Assembly (NCBI GenBank): GCA_965203805.1
Contig: OZ241917.1
Span: 2,784,001-2,848,000, forward strand
DNA: 64,000 nt
Direction of reading: 5' to 3'
Origin: Candidatus Latescibacterota bacterium
Lineage (GTDB): Bacteria > Latescibacterota > UBA2968 > GCA-2709665
Every line of letters starts with the position of its first letter. The stretch's first letter is position 1. The notes below the pieces were generated by a model. That model made no database searches. It had not been told where the DNA came from and was given only the letters and a program-made list of their open reading frames with translations. The translations under genes and the position numbers were made by a program. Positions 39,940-50,226 of this stretch are shown here, in pieces.

Positions 39940-41769
39940 TCAGAAGAAACGCTTCAGTTTGTCCATAAAACTTAACTTTGGCGGACGGTCATCCCTGCGT
40001 TTAAGTGCATCAGCCATATCGCTAAGTGTGCCCTCCATAGCCTTTACAGACGCCACAATCTGTTTTTGCTCGCCGACGACTTTGGGAAGATTACTCAGCG
40101 TTTGAATGACACCTTTCAAATTTCCAACAAGTGTCTGATCCAGACGCTCAATGGCACTTTCCACGTCCGAAAGGCCCGTGCGTAGCGTGCCCACCTTTTC
40201 ATCCAAGTCGGTGTTGTCTCTATCGCTAAATTCCTGCTGAAGCTTCAGCAGAGCTTGTTCTGTGGCGTGAATGGCGTCCAGTTGCGCCTTGATGTTGTCA
40301 AAAACGGGTTTGTACGTTGGCTCATCGGGGTTGAGTTTTTGAATCAACTGATATGTTTCCTCCATTGTCAAGCCCAAGGTATTCATTCTTGCATAAAAGC
40401 CATCCATCATTTTATCGACTGCGGATTTCAACTCTTCCAACGGCTCACTGAGCCTGGTAAAATTAGAAATGTGTTTCACAAAATTCTCGCCCGACTTACG
40501 TATATCATCGGCTCCAGAGTTGAGCGCATCGCAAGCAGTGTTGAGGGTGTCCAAAAGCGGTTTGAGCGCGACTTTGAGATGGTCTGAATGATCTTTGAGT
40601 GTCTTTATGAGAAGGTCCGCTTGCTCTGCCATCAATGCCGAATGTCGATACGAGAAATCCTCAAGTGTGCTGCTCCATTTCTCACTCACTTGCTCGTTGG
40701 AGGCACTCGCTTTTTTTAGCGTATCACTGGCGTCGTTAAGCGTTTTCAAAAAAGGGACAAAGGATGTCGAGACCTTTTCAAAATGCGCTTCGAGTGCTCT
40801 TTCTATAGAGTCTGCCTGACTTGCCATCAATGCGGAATGTCGATGCGAGAAATCCTCAAGTGTGCTGCTCCATTTCTCACTCACTTGCTCGTTGGAGGCA
40901 CTCGCCTTGTTGAGCATGTCACTGGTGTTGTTGAGAGTTTGCAGAAAAGGCCCAAATGAAGCCGATACCTTCTCAAAATGTGCTTCAAGTGTGGTTTTGA
41001 GATAGTCTGTCTGATCCGTCATAAATTCCGAATGTCTATCTGCAAGACCTTTAAAAGCTTCTTGAACCGCCTCTTTCAGATCCACCTCAGGCAAAAACAA
41101 TCTGAATTTGGGGGCGATTTCTTCATTGCAATAGGTTTCTATCTCGGCAATCAATACAAGCCTTTTCTTGCTGAGAATTAGGAAACAGATAGTCAATACA
41201 ATCATGCAACCTAACCCAGCGATGCTGGTTATAAAGGCAAACTCCATCCCAGAGAACGACTTGACGATATTTTTTAGCATATCCGGCAGGCTTTGTGTTG
41301 CATTGTCTCCGGTATTTTGGATAATGCTTTCAATCGGTCGGATGACTTGGTAAAGCCCGATAAATGTCCCGAGAAGACCCAATACGATCAAACTCACGCT
41401 CGTTGTGCGAATCGCTTCGTCATTTCCGCAAAGATCTTCCTCTTCTCTCTGTACCATTTCATCAACGACTGGTGGTTTATTTTGCCGAAACCCCGCCCAG
41501 AGCAACTTCAGCCATTGTTGTGTTTTCGGATTCGAAGTAGAATCCGAGGGTGCATTTGCTGCTCTGCTGGCAATAAATCCTTGATGATTTTTTTCCCAAC
41601 TTTCCAAGTCTGCAAGTGCATTTCTCGATCTGGTTATCTTGCGCCACATTTTTGCTAAAAACCAAAGGCCCAAGCAAAAAAATATGCCCATAACGAGCAA
41701 CCAAATTACCAAAAAATTCGATGGATTCGACCCAAAAAATAAATCTGACATATTGGTAAATTTCCTCAT
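39940..41769 (-). CDS. ZorA/MotA-TolQ-ExbB-like channel protein with long helical cytoplasmic tail
   Basis: Three TM helices with LGLLGTFIGL and FSGMEFAFITSIAGL; about 400-aa helical tail containing 65-aa repeats. Confidence 0.85.
   Translation of the reverse strand: MRKFTNMSDLFFGSNPSNFLVIWLLVMGIFFCLGLWFLAKMWRKITRSRNALADLESWEKNHQGFIASRAANAPSDSTSNPKTQQWLKLLWAGFRQNKPPVVDEMVQREEEDLCGNDEAIRTTSVSLIVLGLLGTFIGLYQVIRPIESIIQNTGDNATQSLPDMLKNIVKSFSGMEFAFITSIAGLGCMIVLTICFLILSKKRLVLIAEIETYCNEEIAPKFRLFLPEVDLKEAVQEAFKGLADRHSEFMTDQTDYLKTTLEAHFEKVSASFGPFLQTLNNTSDMLNKASASNEQVSEKWSSTLEDFSHRHSALMASQADSIERALEAHFEKVSTSFVPFLKTLNDASDTLKKASASNEQVSEKWSSTLEDFSYRHSALMAEQADLLIKTLKDHSDHLKVALKPLLDTLNTACDALNSGADDIRKSGENFVKHISNFTRLSEPLEELKSAVDKMMDGFYARMNTLGLTMEETYQLIQKLNPDEPTYKPVFDNIKAQLDAIHATEQALLKLQQEFSDRDNTDLDEKVGTLRTGLSDVESAIERLDQTLVGNLKGVIQTLSNLPKVVGEQKQIVASVKAMEGTLSDMADALKRRDDRPPKLSFMDKLKRFF
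40651..40905. repeat. Intragenic direct repeat, 195-nt period
   Basis: 60 identical nt at 40651-40710 and 40846-40905 (ASASNEQVSEKWSSTLEDFS x2). Confidence 0.95.
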
Positions 41770-42644
41770 CCAGCAATGATCACTTTTGCTTTGAGATCTA
41801 TCTCATCGGTTTGTGAATTCTTAAGCCCATGCGCCAAGCACCTTACAATTCGGTCCCGGGGTTGTGTCCCGCTTGTATCCTGACTGGCAATTTGAAATCG
41901 GCGCCTGTCAAAAGAATCCCCTGGACGCGCTCCAATTATCTCTACTTCATCCCCTCCCAAATCCATCATCAGATCAAAAACACGCTGCGCGTCCTCCTGT
42001 CGATTCTGTGTTACTCGACTGTCGATTTCGGGTAAGAAGTATCGAATCATCTGTGCGGGACGGGTACGGCGTAGAAGGCTTTCTATTGAAGACGCATTGA
42101 AAACTTCCTCACCTATAAGAGCACCTTTGAGCCAAAGAACCGGATCATCTGAATCATCTTGCATTTCGCGCAACGTCAACAGATCCTGTATTTGTTTTAA
42201 TGGCTTCTCAACCTCCCGATCAACATATACAGCGAAAGATGCACGGTCATCCTGCGACATCGCGCTCTTTATTTCCTCTAAAGCCGACCGAAACTGCCTC
42301 AAATACGTTACACGGTCTTTCAATTCGCGCCAATTTTCTTCATCCAAATCATCTGAAAAGCTACCTACACTTTCTCTTATTCTTCTCTTCAACAATTTTA
42401 TCCATTCAATATCTTCTTTATTCTGACCATTTTCCAAATCTTTGATGTTTTCTACTTCTGTACGGAGATTTGAAACGTGGGTCGCATAAACCTGTACCCG
42501 GTCCGACACTATAGCCTTCACGTCTTCACTTGCTTCTGATCGGGATTTTAAAACCTGCTTTCTTAACCATATAACAGACAAGAGTGCTATTAGAGAAATA
42601 ATGAATGAAATGACATTCAACAATGAATCAAATTCCTTAAACAT
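41766..42644 (-). CDS. Membrane-anchored GrpE-like protein
   Basis: RBS GGAGGT before ATG 42644; N-terminal TM; coiled coil; C-terminal PGDSFD....IVRCLAHGL...KAKVII matches the GrpE beta-domain pattern; follows an Hsp70 gene. Confidence 0.65.
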   Translation of the reverse strand: MFKEFDSLLNVISFIISLIALLSVIWLRKQVLKSRSEASEDVKAIVSDRVQVYATHVSNLRTEVENIKDLENGQNKEDIEWIKLLKRRIRESVGSFSDDLDEENWRELKDRVTYLRQFRSALEEIKSAMSQDDRASFAVYVDREVEKPLKQIQDLLTLREMQDDSDDPVLWLKGALIGEEVFNASSIESLLRRTRPAQMIRYFLPEIDSRVTQNRQEDAQRVFDLMMDLGGDEVEIIGARPGDSFDRRRFQIASQDTSGTQPRDRIVRCLAHGLKNSQTDEIDLKAKVIIAG

Positions 42645-42664
42645 CAAGCTACCTCCAAGAAGCA

Positions 42665-45600
42665 TTATGTGTAGGAAAAGTTCATACACCTTCGATGTGC
42701 TTCCCATACGTATTCAAAATCACTGCCATCTTTTTCATTGCCAACCCGATAGTTATACAAAAGGTCCGCTTTCCCCGCTACATCACATTTCAGTTCCAGG
42801 CAGTAAGTCCAGAATTGTGCGTTTTGAAATACATCATCGTCTTTTGGCACAGTTAGATTGGCAACGACCCTATTTTCAGCCTGGGTTACTCTTGTGTTTA
42901 AGTCCCACCCAAAAAACTCAACAAGCGCGATTCGGCTACTTGCCCTTTCTATTTCTATGATGAGGCCTGGGTTTTCCGGAGTGATGGTCGTATCTGGCTC
43001 CAACGGCGTCCAGCGATCAAAAACGAGTACAAAATGGGTAAATGCACGCATGCAGATGGGATAATTTAATTTTCGTATCCCTTTTGGAGGCGAATAATAG
43101 AGATCGCTCAAACTCCTACCATACTCAACAGCACCCAAAGCCACGCTTTTTTTCAGTTTTTCTGGTTCGAAAATGATCTCTTTCGCCTGTACTCTTTCTT
43201 TCGCAACCGTTTTTACGAGCGGGAGACGAGAGGTGTTTCCTTCCAAGATCAGATAATCTAACTGAGTATCGGCGATCTGATTCTTGTTGAACAGATAGTG
43301 CTGCATCTGATTGAGCTTATCAAAGCCTTTTTTCAGCTCCTCGCGGACAGAATTATAGATGTCGTTAATAGCTAAAGGTGCCATATCTGGAAGTAAGTTG
43401 TCATTCAAAAAACGCAGCGTGCCTTCTATACTCAGAGTGGCATTCTCAGGACTTTTACTCTTGAGAGAAACGCGTGGCCAATTATCGGGGATATTGGAGG
43501 ATTCGATCAGATCTAAAATGCCGTTCTCTCCACCATGAAGATGTTCAGCATAATCTTCGGGTTCCAGAGCCTCTCTAAGAAAAGACGTTATTCTATTGTT
43601 CTCCTTTATTGTTTCTGCTAATCCATAGAGTTGGGAGAAATTCTCCTCTTCGATTTTTTCCAGTGGTCTCAGTGCCTTATCCAATGTATCGGGAAAAGGG
43701 AATTGGGTTCTGTAAACCTCAGGGACCATTTGAAAATACAGATATTGCGCGATTTTGAAAGACAGCAAGTCGCCACCCAGCGAAACATCTCCGTCAGAGG
43801 CGAGAATTTCAATGTCGGGTCGTCCATATTCTTGAGGGGTTAATCGTACAATTGAGATGTCCGTGGTCCCTCCTCCACAATCGAAGACGCCATAAACAAT
43901 ATCTCGACCAAGGTCCTGCTTGATAGCGATATCCAGTGCATAAGCAAGGGCGATGGCCTCCGGTTCACTAATCTCAAGAATAGGTTTGAGATTCATTCCC
44001 TGTGTCGCCCACGCAATGGCTTTTCTCATTGACTCCTTTTGGCGATTAAAAACTGCGGGATAAGTAAAAACGGCTTCTGAGGGCACATAACCCGTATTTT
44101 CTTGGAAACTCTCCAATAAGAAACGGATGTAAAGCCCTACCTTTTCAATCGCACCAACTTCAATATATCTATTGCCCTGGGTATAAATTCTTCCATTTAA
44201 GCTGAGGCTCCCTGTACCCAAATCATTATAAATAATCTGTTCGTGGGGCGTTCTCAAGGTGCGCTTAAAACCCCAAGAAATTGATGAGATATGTTCAGAA
44301 TGAAACCGCAGGTCTTTAAGTGTATGACCAAATTTGACAAGGGCTTCTTTTTCCTTCAAAACAGTCCGCCTTACGTCAGCCCCCGGCTCTTGTAAAACTT
44401 CCAAAAGATCATCGGGGTTTTTAATCGCCAAAAACTGAAACACAGTGGGTATTTCCGAGCCCATTTCCGAGACATCTTCGCCAAGGTCTATTTCCAGTAG
44501 TTCCTCTTTGTCTTGGGCGTCCTGATCTATATATGCGATACACGAGTTCGTGGTACCGAAATCTACTGCAATAGGAGAATCCAGAAGCTGAGGAGGTCGG
44601 ATTTGAACGGGAAGAGAGATGGATTGATGGAACGTTTCGCCTTCGCCAACGGTAGCTCCGTGAATGACCAGAGTTGCCTTATCAGTGGTGTTCTCCTCAA
44701 CTGTCGGAAGTGTGTCTTGATTGAGAATCAGGTCAATTGGAGAACTCGAATTATCTATAAGAATTGGCTCCTGATCTGTAATTTGAATTCTTGTATTGAG
44801 CCAAGGCTGATTTGATTCAACCCGAGTAATTCGAAGTGGTGGACCACTTAAGTGCTTTACCGTTACGGTAAAGCTCATCTTTTTGTTTCCTCCAGATACA
44901 AGTGCCTGCTCGTTGACAAATTGACGGCTGAACTTCCACTCAATCTTTGGCTTATTAACATAGCGCAACAACAACCTGAATGTTATCTCGCCCAAACTGT
45001 CAAAAGGGAAATTTAAAATAGCAGGGCAAGTCTCTTCAAAGTCCCGTCGCCGAGTGAGACTAAATCTAAATGGATGCTCAGGAGAAAGTTTATCGGGAAA
45101 TTCCTGGTCCGGCGGTAAGTCAAAATGACCTTTGCCTTCAGACAGGAAAGGCGCGGCCTGAAGCCTCAGCGGAGAATCGTGATGAACCGTAAGGGTGACC
45201 CGTCCGTCGTCAGGGTCTATTGCGCAGGGCTGATATTCGACTGTGTCGTGTTTAAACTCGTGCTCATCTGGTGAAACAAGCCAAATCTCCGGTGCTTTCT
45301 CGCATCGAACAAAAAAAACAACAGGTTTAATTGACGAAAGTGATGAAAGCAATTCTAATCGCCCGATATTGCGCTCATGTGCATTATGCGAACAACGGAG
45401 TTCTACACTTTCATCGGTATCAAGTCTATACGGTAGATCAATATCTCCGTGCCGTTGGGTGATTCCGAAGCCCTGAGCCTTTAATTCACGAATTTCTATG
45501 GGATTGACGCCTTCGTTTTTAACCTTTAGCGTGATGGGTATACCAGAAAAAATCGTCCAGGGAGCACCCCTAAGGTCTTCGTCCGGATCTGGAGTGACTG

Positions 45601-45715
45601 TTATTCTAACTAACTGATATGCACACCCCCCGCAGAAGATATCTTTGGGTGAAATTTGCCAGTGGCATCTGGGGCATACCGGTGTGTTGCCTATTGAGTT
45701 CATTTTGAAACGCAT
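42665..45715 (-). CDS. Atypical Hsp70/DnaK-family ATPase with N-terminal Zn-ribbon and Ig-like domains
   Basis: CPRC..CGGC; beta-rich region; VDFGTTNS, TYPAVF, SEPEAIALAY, FDCGGGTTDIS, LGGD, EGNTSRLP, SVALGA; no recognisable canonical substrate-binding domain. Confidence 0.88.
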   Translation of the reverse strand: MRFKMNSIGNTPVCPRCHWQISPKDIFCGGCAYQLVRITVTPDPDEDLRGAPWTIFSGIPITLKVKNEGVNPIEIRELKAQGFGITQRHGDIDLPYRLDTDESVELRCSHNAHERNIGRLELLSSLSSIKPVVFFVRCEKAPEIWLVSPDEHEFKHDTVEYQPCAIDPDDGRVTLTVHHDSPLRLQAAPFLSEGKGHFDLPPDQEFPDKLSPEHPFRFSLTRRRDFEETCPAILNFPFDSLGEITFRLLLRYVNKPKIEWKFSRQFVNEQALVSGGNKKMSFTVTVKHLSGPPLRITRVESNQPWLNTRIQITDQEPILIDNSSSPIDLILNQDTLPTVEENTTDKATLVIHGATVGEGETFHQSISLPVQIRPPQLLDSPIAVDFGTTNSCIAYIDQDAQDKEELLEIDLGEDVSEMGSEIPTVFQFLAIKNPDDLLEVLQEPGADVRRTVLKEKEALVKFGHTLKDLRFHSEHISSISWGFKRTLRTPHEQIIYNDLGTGSLSLNGRIYTQGNRYIEVGAIEKVGLYIRFLLESFQENTGYVPSEAVFTYPAVFNRQKESMRKAIAWATQGMNLKPILEISEPEAIALAYALDIAIKQDLGRDIVYGVFDCGGGTTDISIVRLTPQEYGRPDIEILASDGDVSLGGDLLSFKIAQYLYFQMVPEVYRTQFPFPDTLDKALRPLEKIEEENFSQLYGLAETIKENNRITSFLREALEPEDYAEHLHGGENGILDLIESSNIPDNWPRVSLKSKSPENATLSIEGTLRFLNDNLLPDMAPLAINDIYNSVREELKKGFDKLNQMQHYLFNKNQIADTQLDYLILEGNTSRLPLVKTVAKERVQAKEIIFEPEKLKKSVALGAVEYGRSLSDLYYSPPKGIRKLNYPICMRAFTHFVLVFDRWTPLEPDTTITPENPGLIIEIERASSRIALVEFFGWDLNTRVTQAENRVVANLTVPKDDDVFQNAQFWTYCLELKCDVAGKADLLYNYRVGNEKDGSDFEYVWEAHRRCMNFSYT

Positions 45716-45725
45716 CCCAAAAAAA

Positions 45726-48700
45726 TCACTTCATCACATAGATATCGTCTTTGCAGAACTTATCGCGATACGCCAATGGAGTAGCAAATGTATCGATTCC
45801 ATCCCTCATTTTTTCCAATTTTTCATTTAAGGCAGTTTCGTCCAAATTGAACTGCCTGAGCGTCTGATCGTAATCGCTCTGATATGACCTGTCCAGCAAA
45901 ATTCGAAAGGTATGATCTGCGGAGATATCCTCGTTCCCCACGCGAATCTGAGTACTTGGAAATACCTTGTTGAGCAGCCAGCTCTTTAATGCGAGCCGCT
46001 GAATAAAACACTCGTGGCGATTTTCTCTACGCCACTGCTCTTCCAATGTGCGGGTCGCAATATCTAGACGGTCTTTTGCGTCTGATTTGCTACCTATGAT
46101 TAACCGTGCGCGCTCGAGATTGTGACCGTATCTATCTAAATGCTCAATACCTCTTAGCTTAAACGGACGGCAGAACTCTCTCTGAATATTATCGTATTTG
46201 ATAATGCTCATAATTATCCCATTGATCAGGGAACTCTGTGCATTAATCAGTGATCGAACTTCCCCATCATTTTGGGGTGGCAGGATGTCGGCAAATTCCC
46301 AATAATCTTTGATCATGTGACGACGGTACACGTTGATAGGATCTGCTCCGGTATTTGCCCGGTAATCACGATCAAGATCAAAAATATTTCCAATAGATAA
46401 AATGGGAAATGCCATCCATTGGTTTACAAAAACAACGGCGTCATTTCTGTGTTCTGTTGCTTGATATGATTGTCCTTTGTGCGGAGCAACAAGATGGTTG
46501 ACTTGATTGACCCAGACATCGTCCTTAACGCCAATGCGATTATCGGAAATATCTGCCAGACCGGGCAATGCCAGACGTGTATCAGAAACACGAGGTTCAG
46601 CTCTCTGGCTTCGCTTGACAATTTCATCCCGCTCCTGGTCGGCGAAACGATTGCGTAACTCCTCAGTGGCGTGAATATCTGTTTTGAAATCCCCAAAAAG
46701 TTGAAATGTGTATTCATCAATAGTCCTGAGAACGGCATCCCAATTGCGAGGGGAATGACCTCGCCTGGCAGACCGGTTGAATATCTCTCTGGTGCCTGTG
46801 TTTATGGTGTCGATATCTTCACCCTGTGCCGTAGCAATATTGCCAAACAGGATTTTGGCTTCTTCAGAACGGAAATATTTCTCCAGCCCTCCTCGACATA
46901 GACGCGGCAAATCAGTTTCTGGCCATCTTCTTGCCTGTCGGAGATGGTCTTGAATTTCTTCAGGATAATTTAGATCAAGTGTGAGGTTCAGGTTTCTTTC
47001 TCCCGTTACGCGCTGAATATATGCCTGATGGATCTCCAAGAAACCTCTGGACATTTCCTGCAGGTTCTCGCGAAAACCTTGAACCTGTGCTTGCAGACCG
47101 CTCACTCTTACACTAACCTTACCATCATCTCCGGTAACCTCTGCACGACTCCCCAGCAAGCGGATGATTTGTCCCACCAAATCGACGAGAAATCGGGCAG
47201 CATCCTTGCGAAAACGCTTCCGCACCCAATCGGAGAGTTCCCGCTGAGTGGCGTCAACCTGATTTCGAAGGTCTCGATAGATCTTTTGGGCATCCTCGCG
47301 AAAAGCCCTGGCTTTTTCGTCTTCGTAGTGACGCAACGCTATCTTTTTTGTTCGCCAGGCCAGAGGGAGATCTCGCGCTTCTTTCAACCGCTGTTCAAAG
47401 AGACGAAAGTCTCCTGAAAACTCAATATTTATAGGGGATATTTGGGGGCCTTCCATTTGCTCGTTAGCCAGCCTATTCAAATCTCGAAGCACGGATGCCA
47501 ATGCCTCTTTGCTGTGTTCCAAGAAGCTTTCGACATAGTTGGGACCGCACTCTAAAGGATTGCAAAGCATCCCGATACAATAATCTTTTACTTTGTCTTC
47601 GAGTTCTGGAAGCAATCGATCTGCATTGTCGAGGATCTGTTTAATATCGTCCCCTTTAATAGTGCCTTCCTCTTTGAGCTTTTCAGATACCTTCTGTCGT
47701 ATTTCAAGTGTTAGGCCTTCAACTCTCGACCTGGCTTCTGCCACCTGTCGTTCAAGGATCGCAACATCCTGAGCCTCGGGTGCTTTATCGATGCTTTGCA
47801 ATAGATCGGTAAAAACCGGTTTCAGAGTCTCATTTATTGCATGATCCGCCAGCGTAAAGTCTGCACCGGGACGGTTTAAGGCACGGTTGATGAGTCTATC
47901 TGTGGTGAGCTCGATCTGTTCCAAATGGGGTCGTACATCGGCTGTAGAAAACCCAGGAGGAATTTTATTATCCGCCGCGATTATAAAATCCACCAGGTAC
48001 TGTGCGAATTTATTCGATGCAGCATTGGCAAGACGAGGTTGGTTGATCTCCATTTGAGAGAGACCAAATGAGGCATATCGGCATGGGAAGTACTGAACAT
48101 AGTTGTCGCTCTTATATCTCACCATTTGCTGCAAAAATTGCTCCATATTGGAGCGGGCACTGCGCTTGTCCATCGCGAAACGAGTCTGTTCGAAGTCGAG
48201 CAACAGAAACTCAGCGATCATCTGAAACACATCGGCAAAGTCTGCAATGCGGACCCCGGCAAGATTGCTATCATCAAGCAAATAGACAGTTGAGAATGGG
48301 GGTGCTGGAACGCTGTGTTCACTGCCATCCCACTCGAATTTGTGTCGAGTAAAATGGTCGTCGCCTGTACTCTGTGCATCAAAGTATGGCTGCATGTAGT
48401 GTTCGAGTTCTTTGAGGGCGGCAAAACCATTAGCCCGTGTAGTTTGGCGTGCTCCCCCCACAATCTCATCAAAGACAGAAGGTAGTACCAAATGGGCTGT
48501 GCAGACCGCATTTGGAAAAAGATATCGACACAAAAATCCCATGTCGATGAAAGAGCCTGAACCAGTTCCTCCTGCGACGGATGTGACGATTACGATTTCC
48601 AGATCGTTGGAATCGGCATCATAGTTGGGAAATCTCCGCACCATTTCTGTCCTTGCCTCTGCGCTTTGAACGCGGTTGACCTTTCTTTCTATTTCTTCTC

Positions 48701-49157
48701 GAAGTTTATCATAGTGATGAAAAAAGGCTAATCGGCCACAAGGTCGAATCTGCCCAGCTCCTTGTGTGATCGCTGTGGAGGGAAGGGAGTCAAGAGCTTC
48801 TGGAAACCACGACCAGATATGAGGATACATACCTTTGTTATTGCGATATCCTTCCAATTCTTGAGGCATAACTCTACCATCTACTTTTTCACGGGCAGAA
48901 AAGTCTATTCTCCGATCCAGAAGGTCTGTTTCATTCTCCATAATGTCAATATTTCGAATGTCGGTATCAAACCAGAGGTACTCCATCAGAGGCAAACCAA
49001 TCATCCTGTATTTTTCGTAAAACATTCGACGGAGACGCCGCAGAACTTCCTTACCCGTGCCTCCAAGACCAATCAGAACAGTTGGCCTGATGCTGATCCG
49101 ACCTTCTCCTCGCTGTGCTCCACCAAGGCGTTCTGCCGTAGCATTTGTTTCCATCAT
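45726..49157 (-). CDS. Tubulin/FtsZ-like GTPase (Tubulin_2 / FtsZl1 type) with long helical C-terminus
   Basis: IGLGGTG, FDTD, GAGQIR, SVAGGTGSG (tubulin signature), ANGFAALKEL; about 750-aa helical extension. Confidence 0.9.
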   Translation of the reverse strand: MMETNATAERLGGAQRGEGRISIRPTVLIGLGGTGKEVLRRLRRMFYEKYRMIGLPLMEYLWFDTDIRNIDIMENETDLLDRRIDFSAREKVDGRVMPQELEGYRNNKGMYPHIWSWFPEALDSLPSTAITQGAGQIRPCGRLAFFHHYDKLREEIERKVNRVQSAEARTEMVRRFPNYDADSNDLEIVIVTSVAGGTGSGSFIDMGFLCRYLFPNAVCTAHLVLPSVFDEIVGGARQTTRANGFAALKELEHYMQPYFDAQSTGDDHFTRHKFEWDGSEHSVPAPPFSTVYLLDDSNLAGVRIADFADVFQMIAEFLLLDFEQTRFAMDKRSARSNMEQFLQQMVRYKSDNYVQYFPCRYASFGLSQMEINQPRLANAASNKFAQYLVDFIIAADNKIPPGFSTADVRPHLEQIELTTDRLINRALNRPGADFTLADHAINETLKPVFTDLLQSIDKAPEAQDVAILERQVAEARSRVEGLTLEIRQKVSEKLKEEGTIKGDDIKQILDNADRLLPELEDKVKDYCIGMLCNPLECGPNYVESFLEHSKEALASVLRDLNRLANEQMEGPQISPINIEFSGDFRLFEQRLKEARDLPLAWRTKKIALRHYEDEKARAFREDAQKIYRDLRNQVDATQRELSDWVRKRFRKDAARFLVDLVGQIIRLLGSRAEVTGDDGKVSVRVSGLQAQVQGFRENLQEMSRGFLEIHQAYIQRVTGERNLNLTLDLNYPEEIQDHLRQARRWPETDLPRLCRGGLEKYFRSEEAKILFGNIATAQGEDIDTINTGTREIFNRSARRGHSPRNWDAVLRTIDEYTFQLFGDFKTDIHATEELRNRFADQERDEIVKRSQRAEPRVSDTRLALPGLADISDNRIGVKDDVWVNQVNHLVAPHKGQSYQATEHRNDAVVFVNQWMAFPILSIGNIFDLDRDYRANTGADPINVYRRHMIKDYWEFADILPPQNDGEVRSLINAQSSLINGIIMSIIKYDNIQREFCRPFKLRGIEHLDRYGHNLERARLIIGSKSDAKDRLDIATRTLEEQWRRENRHECFIQRLALKSWLLNKVFPSTQIRVGNEDISADHTFRILLDRSYQSDYDQTLRQFNLDETALNEKLEKMRDGIDTFATPLAYRDKFCKDDIYVMK

Positions 49158-49185
49158 GGTTCTACTCCCAAGGCAATTGGTTATC

Positions 49186-50214
49186 TCAATTTTTCTGAGT
49201 CTGAATGCGTGTCATAAAAAACGTGATTACAAAGGCGACAACACCAACAAAGACACACGACCAGAACAAGGCACTTTCATAAGTGGTCTGCCAACCCAGC
49301 AGATAATCCAAATATCCACTGAGATAAAAGATGATCGTCAACGCACTCCCCACAACTGTAATCACAGCCGAACGCGCAAAAGCATGCGCGGGATGTCGCT
49401 CCCGATTTTTTATTTGGACCGTAAAAATCACATATGTGGAGAATAAGTAAATTCCGATAATGATGATCGCCAGCAAAGCCCACATTAGAGAACCAGAAAA
49501 AATAGACGGTCTGGATGCCGACATATAAGCAGGAGGCTCCATACCTGGAACAACCTTGTCCTCATAATCCGATTTGCCCAATAAGGGTCTGGCTTCATCT
49601 ATTGCCACAGCGTAATTGAGATTCTGGGCACGTCTGGCGGTGTCCTGTTTGGTAAATGTTACAATGCCTACTACCTCTCCTTGTTCATTGAACAACGGCC
49701 CTCCGCTATTACCCGGTGAGACGGGTGCCGTGGTCTGGACAACCTTGTATCCATCCTGATTTCGTATCTGCGAAATGATGCCATCGGTGACAGAAAACTC
49801 CTCGCCTAAGGGATTTCCGATCACGACCACAGGGTCGCCGGGTTTTACTCCTGCCACTGTCCCAAGACGCGCCTGGTGAAGGGTCTGTCCACCCAGATCG
49901 GCCTTCACAAGCGCGAGATCTTTGTGCTCATCTTTTGCCACAATTGCCACGATAGGCATCCATTCGGCTCCCTGTACGCGCACCCATCCTTCTCGAATAC
50001 CCTTGATCACATGCCAGTTGGTCAGAAAATAGCCTTTTGCACCATCAATAGATACTCCCGACCCCTGACTCTTTGCGCCATCTGTTTCAATTACCACGAA
50101 GGCGACAGCAGGACCTTCTTCCTCAGCAATCCGCGAAGCAGTGTTATTGCTCGTCCCCCCACAACCCCACAGGACCAATAAAAAACCTATACGCGCAAGA
50201 TGTGATGTCATCAC
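49186..50214 (-). CDS. Trypsin-like (S1C, PDZ-less) serine protease; lipoprotein with C-terminal TM helices
   Basis: Lipobox LWGC; GSG, TNWHV, DLAL, GNSGGPL catalytic triad; three hydrophobic C-terminal segments. Confidence 0.9.
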   Translation of the reverse strand: MMTSHLARIGFLLVLWGCGGTSNNTASRIAEEEGPAVAFVVIETDGAKSQGSGVSIDGAKGYFLTNWHVIKGIREGWVRVQGAEWMPIVAIVAKDEHKDLALVKADLGGQTLHQARLGTVAGVKPGDPVVVIGNPLGEEFSVTDGIISQIRNQDGYKVVQTTAPVSPGNSGGPLFNEQGEVVGIVTFTKQDTARRAQNLNYAVAIDEARPLLGKSDYEDKVVPGMEPPAYMSASRPSIFSGSLMWALLAIIIIGIYLFSTYVIFTVQIKNRERHPAHAFARSAVITVVGSALTIIFYLSGYLDYLLGWQTTYESALFWSCVFVGVVAFVITFFMTRIQTQKN

Positions 50215-50226
50215 ATACTCTCCTAT

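Noticed and set aside
39300-41769. Calling the locus canonical Zorya type I/II/III, or flagellar MotAB / ExbBD
   Set aside because: No recognisable ZorC/D/E-type effectors, no OmpA domain in the B subunit, no flagellar or TonB genes adjacent
42665-49157. Housekeeping dnaK and ftsZ
   Set aside because: Sizes, extra domains, divergent motifs and island context do not fit; no dnaJ or dcw cluster
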